64,000 nt of DNA from Octopus sinensis (taxonomy: Eukaryota): NCBI RefSeq assembly GCF_006345805.1, contig NC_043001.1, positions 18,352,001-18,416,000 of the forward strand, in the 5' to 3' direction. Positions 36,373 through 47,548 of the stretch are shown one piece after another. Within the stretch, counting starts at the first letter, position 1, and each line of letters opens with the position of its first letter. The position numbers and the translations under genes were made by a program. Under the pieces are notes generated by a model. The model ran no database searches. It was not told the origin of the DNA and saw only the letters and a program-made list of their open reading frames with translations.

Positions 36373-38333
36373 TTATTTATTTTATTTTATCTAGTTTCAG
36401 CTCACGAGCTGTGGCCATGCTGGAGTACCGCCATTTGGTGTTGCTACATGATTTTGCTTCACGAATGCTTTTTAGCAATTGCCATTGAGGAGGTTCACGG
36501 CACCTCCTGCCGTGAACCAATTTCACGGCAGGAGGTGCAGATGAAGGCAGCTGCTTCGAACTCTCTCATGCACCAAATGGCAACTCATCTTGATGGCAAA
36601 TTTGGAGTCCTTGGCACTATGTAGAGGCGCCCAGTTCTAGTATTTGTGCAACTCTCGATGCCAAAGTTTGGGACAAGTCCTTCTAGGATCTTCCAGATGT
36701 ATATTATGGCATATCTTTCTCGCCTACGCTCTAAGGAATAGTCTTAATGTCTTGAGTCTTTCCCAGTAGCTTATATGCTGCACAGAGTTATCTTCTTCGT
36801 GTAGCTTCGTTGGATCGCCTCAAGTTCTGTGATTAACTTGACACTGGATGGTGACCATAGCTGAGAGCAATAGTCAAAGTGGCTTAGGACAAGTGTCATC
36901 CAGAGGACCATCATGGTTTCCTGATCTCTTGTTCTAAAGGTTCTAAGAATCCATCCTGTCAGTCGCCTCCATTTCATTGCCAATTTAGCAACATGCACAT
37001 GAAAGGTTGCATCATTACTCATGTAAATACCCAGGTCTCGCACTGATTGTCCCTCTGGGATCGCAATCCCTCCAGGTCCAGTGTATTTATTGGGTATTAC
37101 ATTTAGTTTTGCATGCTGATAGCATAAAGCTTGAAACTTTTCTGCATTGAACTGCATGCTATTCTTTTCAGCCCACTTGTATATTTTGTCCAGCTCACAT
37201 TGCAGGTGCATAGTGTCTTCAGGGTTGTGTATTACCTGTGAAACTTTTGTATCACCTGCATAACTTGTGATCGTGGCTCTCTGCGTGGCTGAGGGCATGT
37301 CTGAGAGGGCCATTATGAATAGTAGTGGTCCCAAAGCAGTGCCTTGCGGAACACCGCTCACTATTTGCGTGTTAATGGAAGTGGCTCCATTGGCTACTAC
37401 CAGATGGCTTCTATACTTCAGAAAGTCATGAAGCCATTCGCCCATTTTCCAACTATGCCAAGATCACGCAGTTTGTGACATATCATTCCATGATCTTGCT
37501 GATATGTGAGGTCAGAGAGATAGGTCTGTAGTTCTTGGCCTCCGCTCTGCTACCTCCTTTATGAATAGGGCATATTTTACCTTCCTTCAGTTTTCTTGGA
37601 AGTTTGCCAGTTGTAAGGAAGCTCTGAAAGAGGAAATGCAGTCTTGCTAGGACTCTCTTACATACTTTTAGAAGGATTGCTGACTTGAAAATGCCCTAGG
37701 GGTGGAGTGAAAATACTCTTGAATTGCTCACTTAGTATTACACTTATCCTCATTAGATTTCCTGTGAGTGTGCCATCCTTTTCAAGGAGTGGCCCTATCC
37801 TACAGTGCACCGTAGCTGTTTCTTTGGCATACCTGTAGAAAGCTCTGGGGTTAGATTTTATGTTGTCTATAGCCCAGGCTTCTTTGTCTGCTCTTTCTTT
37901 TTCATGGGAGAATTGCAGACATTTTTCAATTTCCAACAGTTTTATTTTCAGGCGGGACTTTTCACTGCTTTCAATTTGTTTGTTTAGGCGATTTGAAACA
38001 TTTGTACGCGGTCTCATTAGAATTTTCCTCTCTCTGGGGATTTTGTTCTTGTGTACAGTGGCCTTTCTCTCTGGGACACATTTGTAGCATATGGCTTGCA
38101 TTACAGACATGAATTGTTGAAGTTTCATGTCGATGTCTGGCGAGGAGAGAAATTCAGGCAAGTTTTGTTTGAGGATCTCTTTCTCAATTTGTTTCCAGTT
38201 TGCCTTATGGAAGTTCAAGCTAGAAAGATTCTGAGAGTTTCTTGTAGACTGCATGTCATGCTTTCCTTTCGTCCGTACATGGTCAGCTCTACCATGTTGT
38301 GATTCGAGAGTAGTGTCGGTGTCACTTTCACAT
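36373..38333 (-). mobile_element. LINE-C copy 6 (type I)
   Basis: Near-identical to copy 1. Confidence 0.92.
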
Positions 38334-38369
38334 TATTTGATATTTATAAGTAAAAGATTTCATCAGCTG

Positions 38370-39309
38370 TCCTCGGTAGTATAGTGGTAAGTATCCCCGC
38401 CTGTCACGCGGGAGACCGGGGTTCGATTCCCCGCCGGGGAGGCATCGTAATTTTATTGCAAACATTTTAAACTAAAACTTTTTAATATATTCATTTGATA
38501 TTTATAAGTAAAAGGTTTCGTCATCTGTCCTCGGTAGTATAGTGGTAAGTATCCCCGCCTGTCACGCGGGAGACCGGGGTTCGATTCCCCGCCGGGGAGG
38601 CATCTTATTTTATTGCAAACATTTTAAACTAAAACGTTTTAATATATTTATTTGATATAGCAGTATCGCCGGCGTTGCTCGGGTTTGTAAGGAAATAACT
38701 ATATAAGCATTTTTATAGATGTAAAGTATAATGGCCATCTCAATATGGCTAACCACAAATGGAGGGGGTGTTACTGTAGCTTTTTACGTTCTGAGATTTA
38801 ATAATAAATTTTTAGAGAGTTACTTCCCTGATATAATAGCAATAAATGCATTAAAAAAAGGGAAAAAATGATGGTAAATTTTTAAAAAATCGTAGACTCA
38901 TCGTAGACGCGCGCTAATACCCAGAAGGGCTCTATATGAATCACGACTATAAGATACCCGCTTTTGGTTAAACTGCACCGCAAAATGTGGGAGTAGTTAG
39001 GAATCTAAATCGTAGGAGATAGACACACAACTTCACTTTTATATATAAAGATTTGTAAGTAAAATGCTTCATCAGCTGTCCTCGGTAGTATAGTGGTAAG
39101 TATCCCCGCCTGTCACGCGGGAGACCGGGGTTCGATTCCCCGCCGGGGAGGCATCTTAATTTTATTGCGAACATTTTAAGCTAAAACTTTTTTATATATT
39201 TATTTGATATTTATAAGTAAAATTTTTTTATCAGCTGTCCTCGGTAGTATAGTGGTAAGTATCCCCGCCTGTCACGCGGGAGACCGGGGCTCGATTCCCC
39301 GCCGGGGAG
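38370..39309 (+). tRNA. tRNA-Asp: tRNA-Asp x4 (38370, 38528, 39079, 39238)
   Basis: Consensus match. Confidence 0.92.
38658..39051 (-). mobile_element. Helitron family A
   Basis: Same sequence and site as other copies; terminal C missing. Confidence 0.82.
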
Positions 39310-39368
39310 GCATCGTAATTTTATTGCAAACATTTTAAGTTAACACGTTTTAATATATTTATTTGATA

Positions 39369-39749
39369 CTAGCAGCATCGCCCGGCCTTGCTCGGGTCTG
39401 TTTCGATTCTTTAGAATTGCATCTTTTGAAAAGTAAAAAATTTGCATTATGTAGCATTAAGTGAACATTTTTCTGGTTGAAATACACCGAAACATGGCGA
39501 TACAGCAGTCAAAAAATCGTAAAAAAATAGAGATTTTCACAGAAAAAATGCACCTTGTTGATGTAAATAATTTTTGGTGTTAACATAATCCGATTTGAAT
39601 TTTTTCTTCTCCGGAATGAAGAGCAAGCCTTCCTCTATCATAGTCTCAATTTTGGTCAACTTGACCGCAGGGTCTCGCAGGAGATAGTGTTAGTGGAAGG
39701 CTACCAAACCTGCCATACAGAGACAACTTCAGCTTTATATATAGAGAGA
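39369..39749 (-). mobile_element. Non-autonomous Helitron family B (~380 bp)
   Basis: 5'-TC...CCCGAGCAAGGCCGGG hairpin...CTAG-3' on - strand; inserted at GATA|TTTATAAG; internal sequence unrelated to family A. Confidence 0.85.
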
Positions 39750-39776
39750 TTTATAAGTAAAAGCATTCATTGGCTG

Positions 39777-39847
39777 TCGTCGGTAGTATAGTGGTAAGTA
39801 TCCTCGACTGTTACGCTGGAGATTGGGGCTCGATTCTCCGCGGGGAG
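39777..39847 (+). pseudogene. Diverged tRNA-Asp pseudogene with GTT anticodon
   Basis: TCGTCGG...CTCGActGTTacGCTGG...GGCTCGA; anticodon stem and B box disrupted. Confidence 0.85.
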
Positions 39848-39899
39848 GCATGTTAATTTTATTGCAAACATTTTAAACTAAAACTTTTTAATATTTGAT

Positions 39900-41970
39900 T
39901 TATTTATTTTATTTTATCTAGTTTCAGCTCACGAGCTGTGGCCATGCTGGGGTACCGCCATTTGGTGTTGCTACATGATTTTGCTTCACGAATGCTTTTT
40001 AGCAATTGCCATTTGGTGCATAAGAGAGTTCGATGCAGCTGCCTTCATCTGCACCTCCTGCTGTGAAATTGGTTCATCTGGGACACCTGACAGGAAGAGA
40101 TCCAGTTTTATTTGAAAGACATCTGCATCCACCCCATGCAGGTCTCTCAGGTCCTTCAGGAGGATATTGAAGAGCTGTGGGCCTCTGAAGCCCAGGCTAT
40201 CACAGTATCTTGTCCTACATCTTGATGGCAAATTTGGAGTCCTTGGCACTATGCAGTGGCACCCAGTTCTAGTATTTGTGTAACTCTCGATGCCAAAGTT
40301 TGGGACAAGTCCTTCCAGGATCTTCCAGATATATATTATGGCATATCTTTCTCGCCTACGCTCTAAGGAATAGAGTCTTAATCTCTTGAGTCTTTCCCAT
40401 TAGCTTATATGCTGCACAGAGGCTATCTTCTTCGCGTAGCTTCGTTGAATCGCCTCAAGTTCTGTGATTAACTTGACACTTGATGGTGACCATAGCTGAG
40501 AGCAATAGTCAAAGTGGCTTAGGACAAGTGTCATCCAGAGGACCATCATGGTTTCCTGGTCTCTTGTTCTAAAGCTTCTAAGAATCCATCCGGTCAGTCG
40601 CCTACATTTCATTGCCAATTTAGCAACATGCACATGAAAGGTTGCATCATTACTCATGTAAATACCCAGGTCGCGCACTGATTGTGCCTCTGGGATCGCA
40701 ATCCCTCCAGGTCCATGTATTTATTGGGTATTACATTTAGTTTTGCATGCTGATAGCATAAAGCTTGAAACTTTTCTGCATTGAACTTCATGCTATTCTT
40801 TTCAGCCCACTTGTATATTTTGTCCAGCTCACATTGCAGGTGCATAGTGTCTTCAGGGTTGTGTATTACCTGTGAAACTTTTGTATCACCTGCATAACTT
40901 GTGATCGTGGCTCTCTGCGTGGCTGAGGGCATGTCTGAGAGGGCCATTATGAATAGTAGTGGTCCCAAAGCAGTGCCTTGCGGAACACCGCTCACTATTT
41001 GCGTGTTAATGGAAGTGGCTCCATTGGCTACTACCAGATGGCTTCTATACTTCAGAAAGTCATGAAGCCATTCGCCCAATTTTCCAACTATGCCAAGATC
41101 ACGCAGTTTGTGACATATCATTCCATGATCTTGCTGATATGTGAGGTCAGAGAGATAGGTCTGTAGTTCTTGGCCTCCGCTCTGCTACCTCCTTTATGAA
41201 TAGGGCATATTTTACCTTCCTTCAGTTTTCTTGGAAGTTTGCCAGTTGTAAGGAAGCTCTGAAAGAGGAACTGCAGTGGTCTTGCTAGGACTCTCTTACA
41301 TACTTTTAGAAGGATTGCTGACTTGAAAATGCCCTAGGGGTGGAGTGAAAATACTCTTGAATTGCTCACTTAGTATTTCACTTATCCTCATTAGATTTCC
41401 TGTGAGTGTGCCATCCTTTCAAGGAGTGGCCCTATCCTACAGTGCACCGTAGCTGTTTCTTTGGCATACCTGTAGAAAGCTCTGGGGTTAGATTTTATGT
41501 TGTCTATAGCCCAGGCTTCTTCGTCTGCTCTTTCTTTTTCATGGGAGAATTGCAGACATTTTTCAATTTCCAACAGTTTTATTTTCAGGCGGGACTTTTC
41601 ACTGCTTTCAATTTGTTTGTTTAGGCGATTTGAAACATTTGTACGCCGTCTCATTAGAATTTTCCTCTCTCTGGGGATTTTGTTCTTGTGTACAGTGGCC
41701 TTTCTCTCTGGGACACATTTGTAGCATATGGCTTGCATTACAGACATGAATTGTTGAAGTTTCATGTCGATGTCTGGCGAGGAGAGACATTCAGGCAAGT
41801 TTTGTTTGAGGATCTCTTTCTCAATTTGTTTCCAGTTGCCTTATGGAAGTTCAAGCTAGAAAGATTCTGAGAGTTTCTTGTAGACTGCATGTCCATGCTT
41901 TCCTTTCGTCCGTACATGGTCAGCTCTACCATGTTGTGATTCGAGAGTAGTGTCGGTGTCACTTTCACAT
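39900..41970 (-). mobile_element. LINE-C copy 7 (type II/type I mosaic)
   Basis: Intact type II 3' region, type I alleles at ~40.8-41.26 kb. Confidence 0.9.
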
Positions 41971-42006
41971 TATCTGATATTTATAAGTAAAAGGTTTCGT
42001 CAGCTG

Positions 42007-42951
42007 TCCTCGGTAGTATAGTGGTAAGTATCCCCGCCTGTCACGCGGGAGACCGGGGTTCGATTCCCCGCCGGGGAGGCATGTTACTTTTATTGCAAAC
42101 ATTTTAAACTAAAACTTTTTAATATATTCATTTGATATTTATAAGTAAAAGGTTTCGTCAGCTGTCCTCGGTAGTATAGTGGTAAGTATCCCCGCCTGTC
42201 ACGCGGGAGACCGGGTTTCGATTCCCCGCCGGGGAGGCATCTTAATTTTATTGCAAACATTTTAAACTAAAACGTTTTAATATATTTATTTGATACTAGC
42301 AGTATCGCCCGGCGTTGCTCGGGTTTGTAAGGGAAATAACTATATAAGTATTTTTATAGATGTAAAGTATAATGGCCATCTCAATATGGCTAACCACAAA
42401 GGGGAGGGGGTGTTACTGTAGCTTTTTACGTTCTGAGATTTAATAATAAATTTTTAGAGAGTTACTTCCCTGATATAATAGCAAAAAATGCATTAAAAAA
42501 AGGGAAAAAATGATGGTAAATTTTTTAAAAAATCGTAGACTCATCGTAGACGCGCGCTAATACCCAGAAGGGCTCTATATGAATCACGACTATAAGATAC
42601 CCGCTTTTGGTTAAACTGCACCGCAAAATGTGGGAGTAGTTAGGAATCTAAATCGTAGGAGATAGACACACAACTTCACTTTTATATATAAAGATTTGTA
42701 AGTAAAATGCTTCATCAGCTGTCCTCGGTAGTATAGTGGTAAGTATCCCCGCCTGTCACGCGGGAGACCGGGGTTCGATTCCCCGCCGGGGAGGCATCTT
42801 AATTTTATTGCGAACATTTTAAGCTAAAACTTTTTTATATATTTATTTGATATTTATAAGTAAAAGGTTTTATCAGCTGTCCTCGGTAGTATAGTGGTAA
42901 GTATCCCCGCCTGTCACGCGGGAGACCGGGGTTCGATTCCCCGCCGGGGAG
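42007..42951 (+). tRNA. tRNA-Asp: tRNA-Asp x4 (42007, 42165, 42722, 42880)
   Basis: Consensus match. Confidence 0.92.
42296..42694 (-). mobile_element. Helitron family A
   Basis: Same sequence and site as other copies. Confidence 0.85.
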
Positions 42952-43010
42952 GCATCGTAATTTTATTGCAAACATTTTAAGTTAACACGTTTTAATATAT
43001 TTATTTGATA

Positions 43011-43391
43011 CTAGCAGCATCGCCCGGCCTTGCTCGGGTCTGTTTCGATTCTTTAGAATTGCATCTTTTGAAAAGTAAAAAATTTGCATTATGTAGCATT
43101 AAGTGAACATTTTTCTGGTTGAAATACACCGAAACATGGCGATACAGCAGTCAAAAAATCGTAAAAAAATAGAGATTTTCACAGAAAAAATGCACCTTGT
43201 TGATGTAAATAAATTTTGGTGTTAACATGATCCGATTTGAATTTTTTCTTCTCCGGAATGAAGAGCAAGCCTTCCTCTATCATAGTCTCAATTTTGGTCA
43301 ACTTGACCGCAGGGTCTCGCAGGAGATAGTGTTAGTGGAAGGCTACCAAACCTGCCATACAGAGACAACTTCAGCTTTATATATATAGAGA
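43011..43391 (-). mobile_element. Helitron family B
   Basis: Near-identical to 39369-39749. Confidence 0.85.
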
Positions 43392-43418
43392 TTTATAAGT
43401 AAAAGCATTCATTGGCTG

Positions 43419-43490
43419 TCGTCGGTAGTATAGTGGTAAGTATCCTCGACTGTTACGCTGGAGATTGGGGCTCGATTCTCCGCCGGGAAG
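43419..43490 (+). pseudogene. Diverged tRNA-Asp pseudogene with GTT anticodon
   Basis: Same as 39777. Confidence 0.85.
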
Positions 43491-43541
43491 GCATGTTAAT
43501 TTTATTGCAACATTTTAAACTAAAACTTTTTAATATTTGAT

Positions 43542-45818
43542 TTATTTATTTTATTTTATCTAGTTTCAGCTCACGAGCTGTGGCCATGCTGGGGTACCGC
43601 CATTTGGTGTTGCTACATGATTTTGCTTCACGAATGCTTTTTAGCAATTGCCATTTGGTGCATAAGAGAGTTCGATGCAGCTGCCTTCATCTGCACCTCC
43701 TGCTGTGAAATTGGTTCATCTGGGACACCTGACAGGAAGAGATCAGTTTTATTTGAAAGACATCTGCATCCACCCCATGCAGGTCTCTCAGGTCCTTCAG
43801 GAGGATATTGAAGAGCTGTGGGCCTCTGAAGCCCAGGCTATCACAGTATCTTGTCCTACATCTTGATGGCAAATTTGGAGTCCTTGGCACTATGCAGTGG
43901 CACCCAGTTCTAGTATTTGTGTAACTCTCGATGCCAAAGTTTGGGACAAGTCCTTCCAGGATCTTCCAGATATATATTATGGCATATCTTTCTCGCCTAC
44001 GCTCTAAGGAATAGAGTCTTAATCTCTTGAGTCTTTCCCATTAGCTTATATGCTGCACAGAGGCTATCTTCTTCGTGTAGCTTCGTTGAATCGCCTCAAG
44101 TTCTGTGATTAACTTGACACTTGATGGTGACCATAGCTGAGAGCAATAGTCAAAGTGGCTTAGGACAAGTGTCATCCAGAGGACCATCATGGTTTCCTGG
44201 TCTCTTGTTCTAAAGCTTCTAAGAATCCATCCGGTCAGTCGCCTACATTTCATTGCCAATTTAGCAACATGCACATGAAAGGTTGCATCATTACTCATGT
44301 AAATACCAGGTCGCGCACTGATTGTGCCTCTGGGATCGCAATCCCTCCAGGTCCAGTGTATTTATTGGGTATTACATTTAGTTTTGCATGCTGATAGCAT
44401 AAAGCTTGAAACTTTTCTGCATTGAACTTCATGCTATTCTTTTCAGCCCACTTGTATATTTTGTCCAGTTCACATTGCAGGTGCATAGTGTCTTCAGGGT
44501 TCTGTATTACCTGTGAAACTTTTGTATCATCTGCATAACTTGTGATCGTGGCTCTCTGCGTGGCTGAGGGCATGTCTGAGAGGGCCATTATGAACAGTAG
44601 TGGTCCCAAAGCAGTGCCTTGCGGAACACCGCTCACTATTTGCGTGTTAATGGAAGTGGCCCCATTGGCTACTACCACCTGGCTTCTATCCTTCAGAAAG
44701 TCATGAAGCCATTCTCCCAATTTTCCAACTATGCCAAGATCACGCATTTGTGACATATCATTCCATGATCGACTTTATCAAAGGCCTTTGCAAAGTCGAG
44801 ATATATGACTTCCACATTTGAGTGGTTGAGCAGTTGTTTCAGCACATAGTCATAGTGTTGTAGGAGCTGAGTTAGGCAGCTTCTTCCTGGTCGGAAACCA
44901 TGTTGGGTGTGAGGCAGCAAGTCATTTTCTTCAAGGAAGGTGATTAGTTTCCTTCTGACTATTCGTTCCATGACCTTGCTGATGTGTGAGGTCAGAGAGA
45001 TAGGTCTGTAGTTCTTGGCCTCCGCTCTGCTACCTCCTTTATGAATAGGCCATATTTTACCTTCCTTCAGTTTTCTTGGAAGTTTGCCAGTTGCAAGGAA
45101 GCTCTGAAAGAGGAACTGCAGTGGTCTTGCTAGGACTCTCTTACATACTTTTAGAAGGATTGCTGACTTGAAAATGCCCTAGGGGTGGAGTGAAAATACT
45201 CTTGAATTGCTCACTTAGTATTTCACTTATCCTCATTAGATTTCCTGTGAGTGTGCCATCCTTTTCAAGGAGTGGCCCTATCCTACAATGCACCGTAGCT
45301 GTTTCTTTGGCATACCTGTAGAAAGCTCTGGGGTTAGATTTTATGTTGTCTATAGCCCAGGCTTCTTTGTCTGCTCTTTCTTTTTCATGGGAGAATTGCA
45401 GACATTTTTCAATTTCCAACAGTTTTATTTTCAGGCGGGACTTTTCACTGCTTTCAATTTGTTTGTTTAGGCGATTTGAAACATTTGTACGCCGTCTCAT
45501 TAGAATTTTCCTCTCTCTGGGGATTTTGTTCTTGTGTACAGTGGCCTTTCTCTCTGGGACACATTTGTAGCATATGGCTTGCATTACAGACATGAATTGT
45601 TGAAGTTTCATGTCGATGTCTGGCGAGAGAGAGACATTCAGGCAAGTTTTGTTTGAGGATCTCTTTCTCAATTTGTTTCCAGTTTGCCTTATGGAAGTTC
45701 AAGCTAGAAAGATTCTGAGAGTTTCTTGTAGACTGCATGTCCATGCTTTCCTTTCGTCCGTACATGGTCAGCTCTACCATGTTGTGATTCGAGAGTAGTG
45801 TCGGTGTCACTTTCACAT
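43542..45818 (-). mobile_element. LINE-C copy 8 (type II; RT core present, 143-bp deletion present)
   Basis: Retains YLDFAKAFD and YADD; junction GATTGCTG|ACTTG near 45165. Confidence 0.92.
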
Positions 45819-45854
45819 TATTTGATATTTATAAGTAAATGATTTCATCAGCTG

Positions 45855-46957
45855 TCCTCGGTAGTATAGTGGTAAGTATCCCCGCCTGTCACGCGGGAGA
45901 CCGGGGTTCGATTCCCCGCCGGGGAGGCATGTTACTTTTATTGCAAACATTTTAAACTAAAACTTTTTAATATATTCATTTGATATTTATAAGTAAAAGG
46001 TTTCGTCAGCTGTCCTCGGTAGTATAGTGGTAAGTATCCCCGCCTGTCACGCGGGAAACCGGGATTCGATTCCCCGCCGGGGAGGCATCGTAATTTTATT
46101 GCAAACATTTTAAACTAAAACTTTTTAATATATTCATTTGATATTTATAAGTAAAAGTTTTCGTCATCTGTCCTCGGTAGTATAGTGGTAAGTATCCCCG
46201 CCTGTCACGCGGGAGACCGGGGTTCGATTCCCCGCCGGGGAGGCATCTTAATTTTATTGCAAACATTTTAAACTAAAACGTTTTAATAAATTTATTTGAT
46301 ACTAGCAGTATCGCCCGGCGTTGCTCGGGTTTGTAAGGGAAATAACTATATAAGCATTTTTATAGATGTAAAGTATAATGGCCATCTCAATATGGCTAAC
46401 CACAAAGGGAGGGGGTGTTACTGTAGCTTTTTACGTTCTGAGATTTAATAATAAATTTTTAGAGAGTTACTTCCCTGATATAATAGCAAAAAATGCATTA
46501 AAAAAAGGGAAAAAATGATGGTAAATTTTTTAAAAAATCGTAGACTCATCGTAGACGCGCGCTAATATCCAGAAGGGCTCTATATGAATCACGACTATAA
46601 GATACCCGCTTTTGGTTAAACTGCACCGCAAAATGTGGGAGTAGTTAGGAATCTAAATCGTAGGAGATAGACACACAACTTCACTTTTATATATAAAGAT
46701 TTGTAAGTAAAATGCTTCATCAGCTGTCCTCGGTAGTATAGTGGTAAGTATCCCCGCCTGTCACGCGGGAGACCGGGGTTCGATTCCCCGCCGGGGAGGC
46801 ATCTTAATTTTATTGCGAACATTTTAAGCTAAAACTTTTTTTATATATTTATTTGATATTTTTAAGTAAAAGGTTTTATCAGCTGTCCTCGGTAGTATAG
46901 TGGTAAGTATCCCCGCCTGTCACGCGGGAGACCGGGGTTCGATTCCCCGCCGGGGAG
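45855..46957 (+). tRNA. tRNA-Asp: tRNA-Asp x5 (45855, 46013, 46171, 46727, 46886)
   Basis: Consensus match. Confidence 0.92.
46302..46699 (-). mobile_element. Helitron family A
   Basis: Same sequence and site as other copies. Confidence 0.85.
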
Positions 46958-47016
46958 GCATCGTAATTTTATTGCAAACATTTTAAGTTAACACGTTTTA
47001 ATATATTTATTTGATA

Positions 47017-47397
47017 CTAGCAGCATCGCCCGGCCTTGCTCGGGTCTGTTTCGATTCTTTAGAATTGCATCTTTTGAAAAGTAAAAAATTTGCATTATGT
47101 AGCATTAAGTGAACATTTTTCTGGTTGAAATACACCGAAACATGGCGATACAGCAGTCAAAAAATCGTAAAAAAATAGAGATTTTCACAGAAAAAATGCA
47201 CCTTGTTGATGTAAATAATTTTTGGTGTTAACATAATCCGATTTGAATTTTTTCTTCTCCGGAATGAAGAGCAAGCTTTCCTCTATCATAGTCTCAATTT
47301 TGGTCAACTTGACCGCAGGGTCTCGCAGGAGATAGTGTTAGTGGAAGGCTACCAAACCTGCCATACAGAGACAACTTCAGCTTTATATATAGAGAGA
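47017..47397 (-). mobile_element. Helitron family B
   Basis: Near-identical to 39369-39749. Confidence 0.85.
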
Positions 47398-47424
47398 TTT
47401 ATAAGTAAAAGCATTCATTGGCTG

Positions 47425-47496
47425 TCGTCGGTAGTATAGTGGTAAGTATCCTCGACTGTTACGCTGGAGATTGGGGCTCGATTCTCCGCCGGGGAG
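47425..47496 (+). pseudogene. Diverged tRNA-Asp pseudogene with GTT anticodon
   Basis: Same as 39777. Confidence 0.85.
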
Positions 47497-47548
47497 GCAT
47501 GTTAATTTTATTGCAAACATTTTAAACTAAAACTTTTTAATATTTGAT

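Noticed and set aside
18704-38333. Copy-specific 1-bp frameshifts among type I LINE-C copies and single-base tRNA indels
   Set aside because: They mostly fall in homopolymers of near-identical repeats and cannot be distinguished from consensus or assembly error without reads
5053-46822. Recurrent short minus-strand ORFs (MFAIKLRCLPGGESNPGLPRDRRGYLPLYYRGQL...)
   Set aside because: These are antisense translations of the tRNA-Asp gene plus spacer or Helitron
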